In this document: positions 1 to 11,909 of the stretch, piece by piece
How the letters are laid out: each line of letters begins with the position of its first letter
Position numbering within the stretch: the first letter of the stretch is position 1
Origin: an uncultured Chlamydiae bacterium
Lineage (GTDB): Bacteria; Chlamydiota; Chlamydiia; Chlamydiales; SM23-39
Length of the DNA: 64,000 nt
Assembly (NCBI GenBank): GCA_963828125.1
Contig: CAWHDP010000002.1
Span: forward strand, 800,001 to 864,000
Reading direction: 5' to 3'
The notes under the pieces: model-generated
The model's input: only the letters and a program-made list of their open reading frames with translations
Database searches by the model: none
Told to the model about the DNA's origin: nothing
Translations under genes and position numbers: made by a program

Positions 1-2
1 AG

Positions 3-650
3 ATTCCTGGGATGGAGCGGGTCCGCTTTATGACCTCCCATCCCATCGACATCACAAGGGAGTTGATGGAGGCGATCCGCGATCTCCCCTCGCTCTGCGA
101 GTTCGTCCACTTCCCCATCCAAGCCGGATCGAGCCGGATCTTAAAGAAGATGCACCGGATCTATACTAAGGAGCAATATCTAGAAAAAGTGGCGCTCTTG
201 CGGGAAATTGTTCCGAATGTCTCTTTAGGAACGGACGTCATTGTCGGCTTCCCGACAGAGACCGAGGAGGAGTTCCAAGAGACCTATGACGTCTTAAAAC
301 AGATCCGTTATTCTCTCGCCTTTGTCTTCGCCTACAGTCCTCGCAAAGGGACCCCCGCGATGCGCTGGAAAGACGACATTCCCGAAGAGCTAAAGCAAGA
401 GAGGCTCCAGCGGCTCATGGATCTGCAAGATGAGATCAGCAATGAGGAGCGGGGCCAAATGCTAGGCGGCGTCTATCAGGTTCTCGTCGAACGGTTCAAT
501 AAAGACGGCCGGATGCTCAAAGGGCGCACCCGCTGCTGGAAGAAGGTGATCTTTGAGGGAGACGAGAGTCTGATTGGCACGCTGCAGCCTATTAGAGTCC
601 ACAGTTACAGCCATCAAACCCTCATCGGCGAACTCGTAAACTCGGGCTAG
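3..650 (+). CDS. miaB: tRNA-2-methylthio-N6-dimethylallyladenosine synthase MiaB, C-terminal part (5' truncated by window)
   Basis: RVRFMTSHP, HFPIQAGS, TDVIVGFPTET, FAYSPRKGTPA motifs and C-terminal TRAM domain; frame is open to the window edge. Confidence 0.9.
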   Translation: MPGMERVRFMTSHPIDITRELMEAIRDLPSLCEFVHFPIQAGSSRILKKMHRIYTKEQYLEKVALLREIVPNVSLGTDVIVGFPTETEEEFQETYDVLKQIRYSLAFVFAYSPRKGTPAMRWKDDIPEELKQERLQRLMDLQDEISNEERGQMLGGVYQVLVERFNKDGRMLKGRTRCWKKVIFEGDESLIGTLQPIRVHSYSHQTLIGELVNSG

Positions 651-1642
651 CCCCCGAGTTCTTGCAATGTGTTCCGATTAGCTGCCAACCGCTCGGCGGG
701 CGTTGGGTGGCTATAAAACCAGCTAGCCAGCCAATCGAGCCAACCGTTTCCGGTGCTGTGGCTGTGCTTCCGTTCGAAATAGCTCATCAGCCAAACCGCT
801 GCCTTTAGATCTATACAAGCCCTCGCCATCAAATGCATCCCGTATTTATCTGCCTCCAACTCATGGCTCCGGCTGCCGCAAAGACCGACGCCAGCAATCA
901 ACCAATCGCCTATGGGGTTCAACCAAGCCAAAGAATTCCGGATCGCCTCTTCGCGCCTTAGATGAGCCTTTGCCGAGGCTATCCGGTTGTTTCCGGCTCT
1001 TTGAATCTCTTCGTCGTACGCCCTACCGATAAAAAGGTAGACAAAGGCATATTTTATAGTCTGCAGCACCGTAAATAAGAAGAGTTGCAACTCGATTTTT
1101 CTTCCGCCGTGACGGGCAGCTGCGTGAGTGATTTCATGACTTAAGACGGCCGCCACCTTCTCTCTGAAATGGATAGAGCCGCTCTCAGCCTTTTGTATGT
1201 TCCGCATCAATCCAAGATTCACGCCAATTTTACCCCCGGGAAGACACCAAGCGTTATCCTGAGGGGAGTTGATCAGCTTAAACTCAAATTCGAGGTCTTT
1301 CCGAGGACACGCTGCTACAAGATCTGCGCCCACTTCGCGAAGGGTTCTCACATAAAATGCATACTTTGAGTTGTCTTCAAGGATCTCCCCTCCAGATGCG
1401 GCGACCAAAGATGAATAAGCCGATGTTCCGATGAACTTCTCAACAAAGCTCGGAATGATATGAAATTCTCTTTGCCCCGTCACCACATTGATTGGCCTGA
1501 TCCAATCATACAGCGTAGTGAATGGGGCAAAGATGAATTGAACCACATTTGACACAGCCGATGCGAGCTGCTCGCAATAGGTAGGCTCCAATGTGAATTG
1601 AGAAGCAGAGGAAGGCTTACTGTTTGAAAATAATGGGGTCAT
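647..1642 (-). CDS. M48 family zinc metallopeptidase (membrane-associated)
   Basis: NAWCLPGG, AAVLSHEITH (HExxH), ELEAD and SHP..AER motifs of M48. Confidence 0.85.
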   Translation of the reverse strand: MTPLFSNSKPSSASQFTLEPTYCEQLASAVSNVVQFIFAPFTTLYDWIRPINVVTGQREFHIIPSFVEKFIGTSAYSSLVAASGGEILEDNSKYAFYVRTLREVGADLVAACPRKDLEFEFKLINSPQDNAWCLPGGKIGVNLGLMRNIQKAESGSIHFREKVAAVLSHEITHAAARHGGRKIELQLFLFTVLQTIKYAFVYLFIGRAYDEEIQRAGNNRIASAKAHLRREEAIRNSLAWLNPIGDWLIAGVGLCGSRSHELEADKYGMHLMARACIDLKAAVWLMSYFERKHSHSTGNGWLDWLASWFYSHPTPAERLAANRNTLQELGG

Positions 1643-1782
1643 AGTTCTCCTACAAGTTTGGTAAACGAGCCATGATCGTACACCTACCCCTCAAAAGTTG
1701 TAAAGAAAATATTTTCATTTGGTCATAAAATTTATTTCACTTCATTTATAACACCAAATCGCATAAAATATTTGAACGGCTT

Positions 1783-2682
1783 ATGGATTCGCACCTTCTC
1801 TCTAATATTACAAAAGATTTTTTAAATCTCGATCCGGAATTCATTCCGCCGAGAGAGCGCTACCGGATGGGCTGGGGCGGCTCGGTGTTGGTCTCTCACC
1901 AGAAGGCTCTTCCAGGGACGAGAGAACGAAAACCGGCTGTAGCCCGCCTCCTCGCCCTCAGAGAGCGGTTTGCGAACCTTTTCAGCCTGTCAGAACCGCC
2001 TCCCTCGATCCCATTATCGACCTCTCCAAAACTCTCGCTGCCCAAAGCCCCTCCTCCGGCCACTTTTCGCCCTGCCTGGTATTTTTCAAGGGGGGCCCTT
2101 GAAAACGACCGGCGAAAAAATCCAGAGCCGATCCCCTATCTTTTGACCGAAACCAATGAGACAGCCCTCGCGCAGCCCGTGCCGGGCAATTCGATGTTAT
2201 TCCGCTCTCTTTGCCGGGGGAATGGGGCCTTGCGCCGCAATAAGCAGGGTCTCGTCTATTTGGACGTCGATAATCAATTTATCTCGATGATGTTCCCCTA
2301 TTTGAAAAAAGTTGGCCTTGTCCGCCCTCCTTATTTTAATTTGTTCGATGCTCCAGAGGGGGCGCACATTCCGGTGATTTCGGCGCGCGAGGCCTCTTTT
2401 CAATATCTCGACGAGGTAAGAGAGTTAGGAGCGTCATTTTCCTTTGAAATCGAAGGGCTCTATTCGATGGAACCGGTCTCTTGGCCGGAGGTAGAACAAG
2501 TGTGGTTTTTTAAAGTCCGCTCGTCTGAACTGGAGGCGTTTCGCCGAAAATATTTTCTCCCTGCCCATCCTGGCGGACACCCTTTCCACATTGCTGTGGC
2601 TGTCAAACCGCGTGTCACAGCAGGAGAACCGCCGCGCCCTATGCCGCTCATGCGGATCAATATCGCCTTTTTAGCCGCTTGA
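1783..2682 (+). CDS. hypothetical protein with C-terminal 2H-phosphoesterase-like domain (degenerate motifs)
   Basis: Two His motifs GAHIPV and PFHIAV about 73 aa apart; Pro-rich N-terminus. Confidence 0.55.
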   Translation: MDSHLLSNITKDFLNLDPEFIPPRERYRMGWGGSVLVSHQKALPGTRERKPAVARLLALRERFANLFSLSEPPPSIPLSTSPKLSLPKAPPPATFRPAWYFSRGALENDRRKNPEPIPYLLTETNETALAQPVPGNSMLFRSLCRGNGALRRNKQGLVYLDVDNQFISMMFPYLKKVGLVRPPYFNLFDAPEGAHIPVISAREASFQYLDEVRELGASFSFEIEGLYSMEPVSWPEVEQVWFFKVRSSELEAFRRKYFLPAHPGGHPFHIAVAVKPRVTAGEPPRPMPLMRINIAFLAA

Positions 2683-2715
2683 TTTAATCTGAACGGTCTA
2701 TAATAATTCATTGCC

Positions 2716-3507
2716 ATGACCGTCGCTGCCGCTCAAAGCGTATCTCTGCCAGTTTCTCTTCAAATAGAGCCTAGTCCCAACAGTGTGATTCTGAAAGTGG
2801 CGCTGCCATGTTTAAAAGAGCTTGCGGTCGCTCTGTGCATAGGCCTTGCGGTCTCATTCTTCGTAGCGCCTGCCGAAGCCCCCATACTCATCGTCGCAGC
2901 CGTGATTCAACTCATCGCAAACGCTTTTTTCCGCTTCGTCCAAGCCTTTGCCTTGCCGAAAACGCCGTTTGAATGGATCGGATCCCTCTCCGAGTGGATG
3001 ACAGGGCTTAATTTCGCCGTTTTGACCGGTTACAATGCGCAACATTTAATCCATGAGTCGGGGCACGCTATGGCCTCCATGCTGATGTACAAAAAGGCTC
3101 AGCCCTGGATCCAAATCTACCCCTTTACGGGCGGACTGACTGAATTTAGCAAAACGGGCCTCACCGCTTTAGGGAAAAAGTTGGGATCCTCCGCTGTGAC
3201 TTGTCTCATGGTCGCCTCCGGGCCTGGATTGACTCTTCTCCTCTCTGCGATCCTTTTATCGATCGGACTCTCGATCAAAGAACAATATCCGCAACTGGGA
3301 AAAACTCTGATTAGCTGGGCGCTCATCGATTTTTTAGGCCATGCCCATTACGCCTATTCGGCATTAAAGGCAGATCCTTGGAACTTATCGCACGATTTCG
3401 TCCATCTTTCGATCTTTGGACTCCATCCAATGACAGCCACGATCGGCATCATTGCGATACCGATCGTGATCCTGTTGGGACACGTTAAAAATCGAATTGG
3501 GTTTTAA
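2716..3507 (+). CDS. M50-like intramembrane metallopeptidase
   Basis: Multiple TM segments, LIHESGHA (HExxH), VASGP motif, late Asp (SHDF). Confidence 0.7.
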   Translation: MTVAAAQSVSLPVSLQIEPSPNSVILKVALPCLKELAVALCIGLAVSFFVAPAEAPILIVAAVIQLIANAFFRFVQAFALPKTPFEWIGSLSEWMTGLNFAVLTGYNAQHLIHESGHAMASMLMYKKAQPWIQIYPFTGGLTEFSKTGLTALGKKLGSSAVTCLMVASGPGLTLLLSAILLSIGLSIKEQYPQLGKTLISWALIDFLGHAHYAYSALKADPWNLSHDFVHLSIFGLHPMTATIGIIAIPIVILLGHVKNRIGF

Positions 3508-4762
3508 GGGTCAATCCTTGGAGATATAGATCCGAGGGAGAGGCTCCGGTACCGGCATAAACTGTGTCGGCCAGATACCGCATCATATTTTGTTCCCAGT
3601 AAATATTGAAATCATAGCTCGCAGAGACGTCCCAATGGTAGCTGCGGCATCCAAAATACGATCCCCATCCGAGTCCAATCGAAAGATCGAGATTGGGGCG
3701 AAGGCCGTTCACATCGTCCATTTTCATCTTCACTGGAAACTCTGTCGTGCCGGATGCATCGGGGCTCGCTACGTTCTGGCTGATATCGTATCCAGTATAG
3801 AGCAAACTCGCTGCGACGTCTCCGATAAACCTAAGTCCATAGCCAAGAAACCAGCTTCCGTTCAGCCCTGCGCGAGGACCGACAGCTCTTGACGTCGACG
3901 CATAGTGCGCCACGCGGGTGGCTCCTGGAATGGCTACAGTCGTGGCGAGATTGGCAGCTTGCATACTCAGATGTTGCCGAATCCAAGCGCCTCGGAGACC
4001 AAAAAATGGCTCAAGAACAAACCGAGCGCCTGAATAGAAAGGACGGGAAATCTGTCCATCGAGGATATCGATTTTGTAATTCCACTGAGAAGAGATGTGA
4101 GTCGTCCGACTGTTCGTCGCGATCGGCATCCAGCTGCTGGGGAGCCATATTCCGCTCTGCGGCAAATCGATCCCATCGACTGTCGCAACATTTGGATTTG
4201 GCGCATTTCGGGAAGTAGAGGTTGTTCCATGCAGCCAGGTATACTCTGCGTACAGAACCCAATTATCTTTAGGTCCGCTCCAGCCGAGGCCCACTTGGAA
4301 TCCTGGCTTGTACTCAAAATCGGTTTTTAGAGGTTGAAATCCGAGGGCAGATGGGGCGGGATCGGTCAAAGTGCTGCCAGAGATCGTCCCTTGCTCTGGA
4401 ATCGCTAAATCCATCCCTCCTTGGATCGCTTCCCAATAGATAAAGCTCACTGTGAAAAAAGTATCCCAACCGCATTTCACTTCGAAGGCGGCGTGCTCGC
4501 TATAGGCCGAGGGGGTACAGCATGGATCGGTCTCAAAGCCCCGCTCAAAACAGACGGGCGGGCAAGGGGGAGGACAGGGTTTAGGGGCTGGCGCACATTT
4601 AGGCTTACAGGGACCCGGTTGGCAGGGTTTCGCCTTCGGCTTCGGTTTGGGACAGCATTCGGCCTTCGGCTCAGGGCAAATAGGAGGGGGGCCGCGATGC
4701 TCCCGGGCGTCTGCGCCGTGGATGAATAAGAGGGTCGCTGCTGCTAAGATCAGGTGTTTCAT
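3485..4762 (-). CDS. MOMP-like / Lpg1974-family outer-membrane beta-barrel protein with Cys/Pro-rich N-terminus
   Basis: Signal peptide, YKPGFQVGLG, LEPFFGLRGAWI, VGPRAGL, C-terminal GLTLKTQFDF ending in Phe. Confidence 0.75.
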   Translation of the reverse strand: MKHLILAAATLLFIHGADAREHRGPPPICPEPKAECCPKPKPKAKPCQPGPCKPKCAPAPKPCPPPCPPVCFERGFETDPCCTPSAYSEHAAFEVKCGWDTFFTVSFIYWEAIQGGMDLAIPEQGTISGSTLTDPAPSALGFQPLKTDFEYKPGFQVGLGWSGPKDNWVLYAEYTWLHGTTSTSRNAPNPNVATVDGIDLPQSGIWLPSSWMPIATNSRTTHISSQWNYKIDILDGQISRPFYSGARFVLEPFFGLRGAWIRQHLSMQAANLATTVAIPGATRVAHYASTSRAVGPRAGLNGSWFLGYGLRFIGDVAASLLYTGYDISQNVASPDASGTTEFPVKMKMDDVNGLRPNLDLSIGLGWGSYFGCRSYHWDVSASYDFNIYWEQNMMRYLADTVYAGTGASPSDLYLQGLTLKTQFDF

Positions 4763-4831
4763 AAGGCTCCAATAGAGTTGTTTCTATTTTTTTCAATATA
4801 CGAGCATCATGAATTTTGGAAGAAAAAAAAT

Positions 4832-6832
<2,001 letters not shown>

Positions 6833-6836
<4 letters not shown>

Positions 6837-8889
6837 CCTTCGACCTCAAAAATCATCGTAGCCAGCGGGGCCAGCGCGATCATAAAGCCCCCTTTTTCTG
6901 GAACTATTTCTACATTCAGTTGATGCGAGCCCCGTATTGGGCAGAGTCTGTATTGAAGACCTCCCGAACCTTGCTTTGATCCTTTAAGGAGATCCAATAT
7001 TGGGCGTGGAATTCCGGAGTAAAATTGTGGACGCACGCGAGGGAGCGCCCCGCCCCTTTGCGCAAATAGGAGATGACGCTATTTTGGCTGTCTGAAAAAT
7101 CGATCCATTCGTAACCCCGCCAGTCGAAATCGGCCTCCCATAAAGGGGGCTGTGCGAGGTAAAAATGGTTCAGATCCCGCACCATGTCAAAGAGCCCTTG
7201 ATGGTGGGGATATTGGAGCAAATACCAATCGAGATTCGATTTGCAGTACCACTCGTTCCACTGCCCGATCTCAGCCCCCATAAAAATGAGCTTTTTTCCC
7301 GGATGGCAAATCATATAACTGTAGAGGAGGCGGACATTGGCATATTTTTGCCAGTCGGGCCCAGGCATTTTATTGAGAAGGCTCCCCTTGCCGTGGACCA
7401 CTTCGTCATGCGACAAGACGCACATGAATTTTTCGGTAAATGCATAGAGCAGACTGAACGTCAGATCATTTTGGTGGAATTTCCGATAGATCGGATCTTT
7501 AGCAAAGTAACGGAGCAGATCATTCATCCACCCCATATTCCACTTCAGATCGAAGCCGAGACCCTCTGCATGAGTGACTCCGCTGAATGAAGAGGACTCC
7601 TCAGCGATCATAAGAGCGCCTGGAAACTGCTCGTGGGCCACTGAATTGAGGTGTTTGAGAAATTCGATGGCGTCTATGTTGAAGTTGCTCCCGTCTGGAT
7701 TGGGGATCCATTCCCCTCCCTTCCGTCCATAATCGAGATAGAGCATTGAGGCGACCGCATCGACCCTGAGTCCGTCGATATGCATTTTGTCCAGCCAGAA
7801 GAGGGCGCTCGCGATGAGGAAATTGGCCACCTCCCTCCGCCCGTAGTTAAAAATCGCCGTCTGCCAGTGCGGATGGATCCCCTTCCGGGGATCGTCATGT
7901 TCATAGAGGGCAGTCCCATCAAACCGGTTGAGCGAAAAATCGTCAGTTGGGAAATGGGCCGGCACCCAATCGAGGATGACGCCGATCCCCTGAAGATGCA
8001 TGTGGTCGACAAAAAATTGAAAATCGGCCGGAGTCCCATAGCGGCTCGTGACAGAGAAAAAGCCGGTCACCTGATAGCCCCAAGACTCATCGAGCGGATG
8101 CTCCATGATAGGCATCAGCTCGACATGAGTGAACCCCATCTCATTGCAATATTTGGCCAGATCCACAGCGATCTCGCGGTAGTTTGGGAACTCAGCGCCA
8201 TAACTCTTCCAAGAACCGAGATGAACCTCATAGATGTTGATCGGAGAATAGACCGATTGTTTTTTCCACTCCCCATCCCGCCAAGAATAGCCGTTTACAT
8301 CGGCGACAACCGATGCTGTCAGCGGGCGCAGCTCCGAATAAAAGGCGCACGGATCGCTTTTGATCCGGAGGTACCCCTCCCGCGTCCGGATCTCAAATTT
8401 GTATTTTTCCCCCGGTCCCACCCCCGGAACGAAAAGCTCCCAAATCCCCGAAATTCCGAGACTTCGCATCGGAGAGACCCTCCCATCCCAGTGGTTGAAG
8501 TCAGCAACCAAACTCACCGAACGGGCGTTGGGAGCCCAAACAGCAAACTGAGTCCCCCCATTTTTGACGTTTGCGCCGAGTACTGAATAGAGGCGGTAAT
8601 GACAACCTTTATTGAAAAGAAAAGTGTCCATTTCCCCAATGAGCGGCAGCTGGGCGTAAGGGTCGTGGGCAAGGAGGCCGCTCGTGTGGTAAACCCGGTA
8701 ATCGTTCGGTGTAATTTTTTGCGGACAGAGGAACTCAAACAGCCCAAATTCGTCGACTTTTTCAGCCTCGACAATCTGACCGAGAACCTCTAAATAGGTT
8801 TTATCGCTCCCAGGCCGCCACAAGCGGATGGTTTGGCCATGCAGACCCAGGAGATGATGCGGGTTGTACTCTAGCTCTCTTACTAACAT
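6833..8889 (-). CDS. glgB: 1,4-alpha-glucan branching enzyme (frameshift near 6930-6933 close to C-terminus)
   Basis: FAVWAPNA, YEVHLGSW, DGLRVDAVASM, IAEES, LSHDEVVHGK; adding one G gives YGGS...LAPLATMIF ending at a TGA that overlaps the ligA ATG. Confidence 0.92.
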
Positions 8890-8927
8890 ACTCAAAAAAT
8901 ACCGAAATCACATGATTTTAGATAGTC

Positions 8928-9887
8928 TCACGTTTCAAACCGGTCGAGATGGTACGTCTTGCCAGATTCAAGGAAGAGAGGCTCCCCCCTTTTTATTTTT
9001 TTCTTTTTGTCCACTCGAAACGTCTCGATCCCTTTTGGGATATCCAAAATCACCTCGCCAGACGACGCCACGCGGAAAATCGCCCTTCGGACCGTTTTTT
9101 TCGACCATTCGAGATCGATCTCCCCAATTCCAGGAGCTTGAATACCAAGCAGCCGGCCGCAATCGAACGGAATGGGTAGATGCGGCAGCAGAGCGATCCG
9201 CCTCTCATCTTGCTGGAAAAAGAGCGAACGGATCCTCTTCGCCCCCTCCTGGAGGAGGAAACAGGGATGGCCCTGCGGCGGTTCGTCTAGAGTAAGCCCT
9301 TGGTACTGGTCATCGATCAGCCGAGGGACCAACATCCCCTTGAATGCAGCATGGATAAAATTTTCGATCGCAGGGTAAAGCAGTTTCCGGTCGGCAGGAA
9401 ACTCTAAGAGACGAGCCGTCCCTGTCAGCGGCTGCGGAGGAATCCAAGGAGTCTTCTGACCAAGACAAAACAAAATAGGCAGCGCCGTCTTCAGATCCGA
9501 ACGGCGTAAGTCATCTTGCGCCTTATGACTCCCCAAAGAGAGCCTCTCCACAGAGGGTTTAGAAATAAAATCGATCGGACTGGGAATATGGGCGCTCTCT
9601 AGCGGCCCCTTTTCCACATCGATGTGAAATCCAGACTCGCCGGCCCTTATTTTTAACCGAAAATACCCCTCTTTAGCCCGGCCGAAGACCCAGACGCAAT
9701 CCGTTTCCAAATCTTGCTGTACAGTGAACCCTTCAACAGGCCCCGTGAGAGCCATTTTCCAGGGACGTCCGCCTATTTTGAGAAGGGTCGGAAACGCCTC
9801 AATCACCGAACAAGAACCCGGGATCACGCAAGAGGCGCCCGGAATATGTGAAAACGGTTTGATTTTTTTAGCGATTTTCATCTTCAT
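8928..9887 (-). CDS. conserved chlamydial hypothetical protein (CT865-like), upstream of glgB
   Basis: PFSHIPG, ERLSLGSHKAQD, LVPRLIDDQYQG, EWSKKTVRR, LDRF motifs; CT865-glgB synteny recalled from Chlamydia. Confidence 0.7.
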   Translation of the reverse strand: MKMKIAKKIKPFSHIPGASCVIPGSCSVIEAFPTLLKIGGRPWKMALTGPVEGFTVQQDLETDCVWVFGRAKEGYFRLKIRAGESGFHIDVEKGPLESAHIPSPIDFISKPSVERLSLGSHKAQDDLRRSDLKTALPILFCLGQKTPWIPPQPLTGTARLLEFPADRKLLYPAIENFIHAAFKGMLVPRLIDDQYQGLTLDEPPQGHPCFLLQEGAKRIRSLFFQQDERRIALLPHLPIPFDCGRLLGIQAPGIGEIDLEWSKKTVRRAIFRVASSGEVILDIPKGIETFRVDKKKKIKRGEPLFLESGKTYHLDRFET

Positions 9888-11125
9888 ATCACACCCACTA
9901 AACCATCTGGCTCATTGGCCACAAGCGCTACTTCGATCAGATCGTTCGACCTCACAAGACCCGCCGGAACCCAAACCCTGAGAAAATTCGCCGTATGCCC
10001 TGAAATAAATCCTGGTTTCGTCTCATTTTCTAAAAGGACCTTCATCCGCCGCCCGACAAACCGGCTCCGGAGATCAAACGCCGTCTTTTCCGCAAGGCGA
10101 AGGAGCCTCTGTTTTCGGCGCCGGATCGTCTCTGCCGGCACTTTGTTCGGATAGAGCGCCGCCCGCGTCCGCTTACGGACGCTATACGGGAACATGTGCA
10201 CCTTGGCAAACTCGACATGCCCTACGATCTCCAACGTCTCCTCAAAATCGGCCTCCGTCTCGCCTGGAAAACCTACAATCACATCGGTCGTCACTGTGAA
10301 ATCGGGCTCCCTCGCCACTATTTTTTCCACTGTATCGACAAAGATCTGCCGCGTGTATTTCCGGTTCATCCGCTTCAACGTCACATTGGAACCCGCCTGA
10401 AGCACAATGTGCATGCTCGGACAAGTCGCCTTTCCGTTCAGCACCGCATCCGCTAAATCATCATCCACCTCATCGGGATCAATGGATGAAATCCTCAGCC
10501 GCTCCAAGCCATCCACCCGATCGACCGCCCGAACCAAATCGGCCAGCCGCCCCCCGCCGTCGAAATCGCCCACATTGATCCCAGTGAGAACCACCTCTTT
10601 ATAGCCATTGGAGACGAGCCCCTCCACTTCCTGCACCACATCGGTGATTTGGCGCGAACGGGAACGGCCCCTTACATACGGAATAATGCAGTACGTGCAG
10701 TAGGAATTGCACCCATCCTGCACTTTGACAAAAGCCCGCGTATGGGCGTCGAACGCTTGAATATTGAATTCGGGGAGGTTCTCCTCCTCGGGAAACAGTT
10801 GATCGACCAGCCGCTCTTTTTCCGCATTCGGCACAATCTCAATCCGTTCGGCCATCCCTTTGAGTACATCGGGGGCGCTCTCTGCCATGCAACCCGTCAC
10901 GGCCACCCTCGCGTTCGGATGTTCGCGGAGCAAAGAGCGGATCTGGTGTCTCGAAGAACTGTCAGCCCCTTCGGTCACCGTACACGTATTGACAATGCAG
11001 AGATCGGCCTCCTCCCCATCCCGAGCCAGCACATAGCCCATCTGCCGCAGCTGATCGACATACCCCTGAGACTCATACTGATTCGTCCGACAACCGAGAG
11101 TCACCACTTTGAATTTTTTCTTCAT
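9884..11125 (-). CDS. mtaB: tRNA t6A37 methylthiotransferase MtaB
   Basis: TLGCRTNQYES, VNTCTVT, VKVQDGCNSYCTYC radical-SAM motif, RLRISSI, HMFPYS. Confidence 0.88.
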   Translation of the reverse strand: MKKKFKVVTLGCRTNQYESQGYVDQLRQMGYVLARDGEEADLCIVNTCTVTEGADSSSRHQIRSLLREHPNARVAVTGCMAESAPDVLKGMAERIEIVPNAEKERLVDQLFPEEENLPEFNIQAFDAHTRAFVKVQDGCNSYCTYCIIPYVRGRSRSRQITDVVQEVEGLVSNGYKEVVLTGINVGDFDGGGRLADLVRAVDRVDGLERLRISSIDPDEVDDDLADAVLNGKATCPSMHIVLQAGSNVTLKRMNRKYTRQIFVDTVEKIVAREPDFTVTTDVIVGFPGETEADFEETLEIVGHVEFAKVHMFPYSVRKRTRAALYPNKVPAETIRRRKQRLLRLAEKTAFDLRSRFVGRRMKVLLENETKPGFISGHTANFLRVWVPAGLVRSNDLIEVALVANEPDGLVGVI

Positions 11126-11202
11126 AGGGGATCAGTGTATCAGGATCTTCCCAAAAATCCAAGACTTGAGATATCATCAAAACCTTTTAATGAGAGTTCA
11201 CC

Positions 11203-11844
11203 ATGGATACGACTCCAGATGTAGGGTTTTTTGCCATTGTCGCAGCGATCTTTTTTATACTGAACGCAACCGGTCAGATCCCCCTCTTCCTCGCGATGCT
11301 CGCTCGCTTCGATCAAAGACGGCAGCTCAAAATCATCACCCGCGAGCTGACCGTCGCCCTTGCGATCCTCCTCCTCTTCACCTTTTTCGGCGACGCCATT
11401 TTGCGCATTTTGGGGATCGCCCGCCCGATCATCGCCATTGCCGGAGGGGTTCTCCTCTTCCTCATCTCCCTCACCATGGTTTTCCCGAAAACCGAAGCGG
11501 GCGATGGCGCAAAAGCCCTCACCCACGAGCCGATGATCGTCCCGCTGGCCATCCCGATCATCGCCGGCCCCGGAGCCATCACCACGGTCATGCTCTACGC
11601 CCATGAGACTGGCAACGTTTTCCTGGTCGCTGGCGCCACCTTCGCCGCCTGGGTTCCCTCGCTCATCATTATCCTCCTCGGCTCCTACATCAAACAGCTC
11701 CTCGGAGAAAAGGGGCTCATCGCCGTCGAAAGACTCGGCGGCATGCTCGTCTGCCTCATCGGCGTCCAGATGCTCACCAATGGCGTCTTCCTCCTCGTCG
11801 CCGAGTACTTCAACATTCAGACATATACCCCCATCGGTCAATAA
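11203..11844 (+). CDS. MarC family inner-membrane protein
   Basis: Six hydrophobic segments, IAGGVLLF, VPLAIPIIAGPGAITT, ERLGG motifs. Confidence 0.9.
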   Translation: MDTTPDVGFFAIVAAIFFILNATGQIPLFLAMLARFDQRRQLKIITRELTVALAILLLFTFFGDAILRILGIARPIIAIAGGVLLFLISLTMVFPKTEAGDGAKALTHEPMIVPLAIPIIAGPGAITTVMLYAHETGNVFLVAGATFAAWVPSLIIILLGSYIKQLLGEKGLIAVERLGGMLVCLIGVQMLTNGVFLLVAEYFNIQTYTPIGQ

Positions 11845-11908
11845 CTTGGATTTGGATCCAGGGCTTTGGCTTGGATCCAAATCCAAGTTATTGGCCGATG
11901 GGGGTATA
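11824..11908. repeat. 85-bp palindromic element (family F), 37-bp arms, TATA at both ends
   Basis: TATACCCCCATCGGTCAATAACTTGGATTTGGATCCA / 11-nt loop / TGGATCCAAATCCAAGTTATTGGCCGATGGGGGTATA with one G-T mismatch; related fragment at 19746-19767. Confidence 0.9.
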
Positions 11909-11909
11909 A

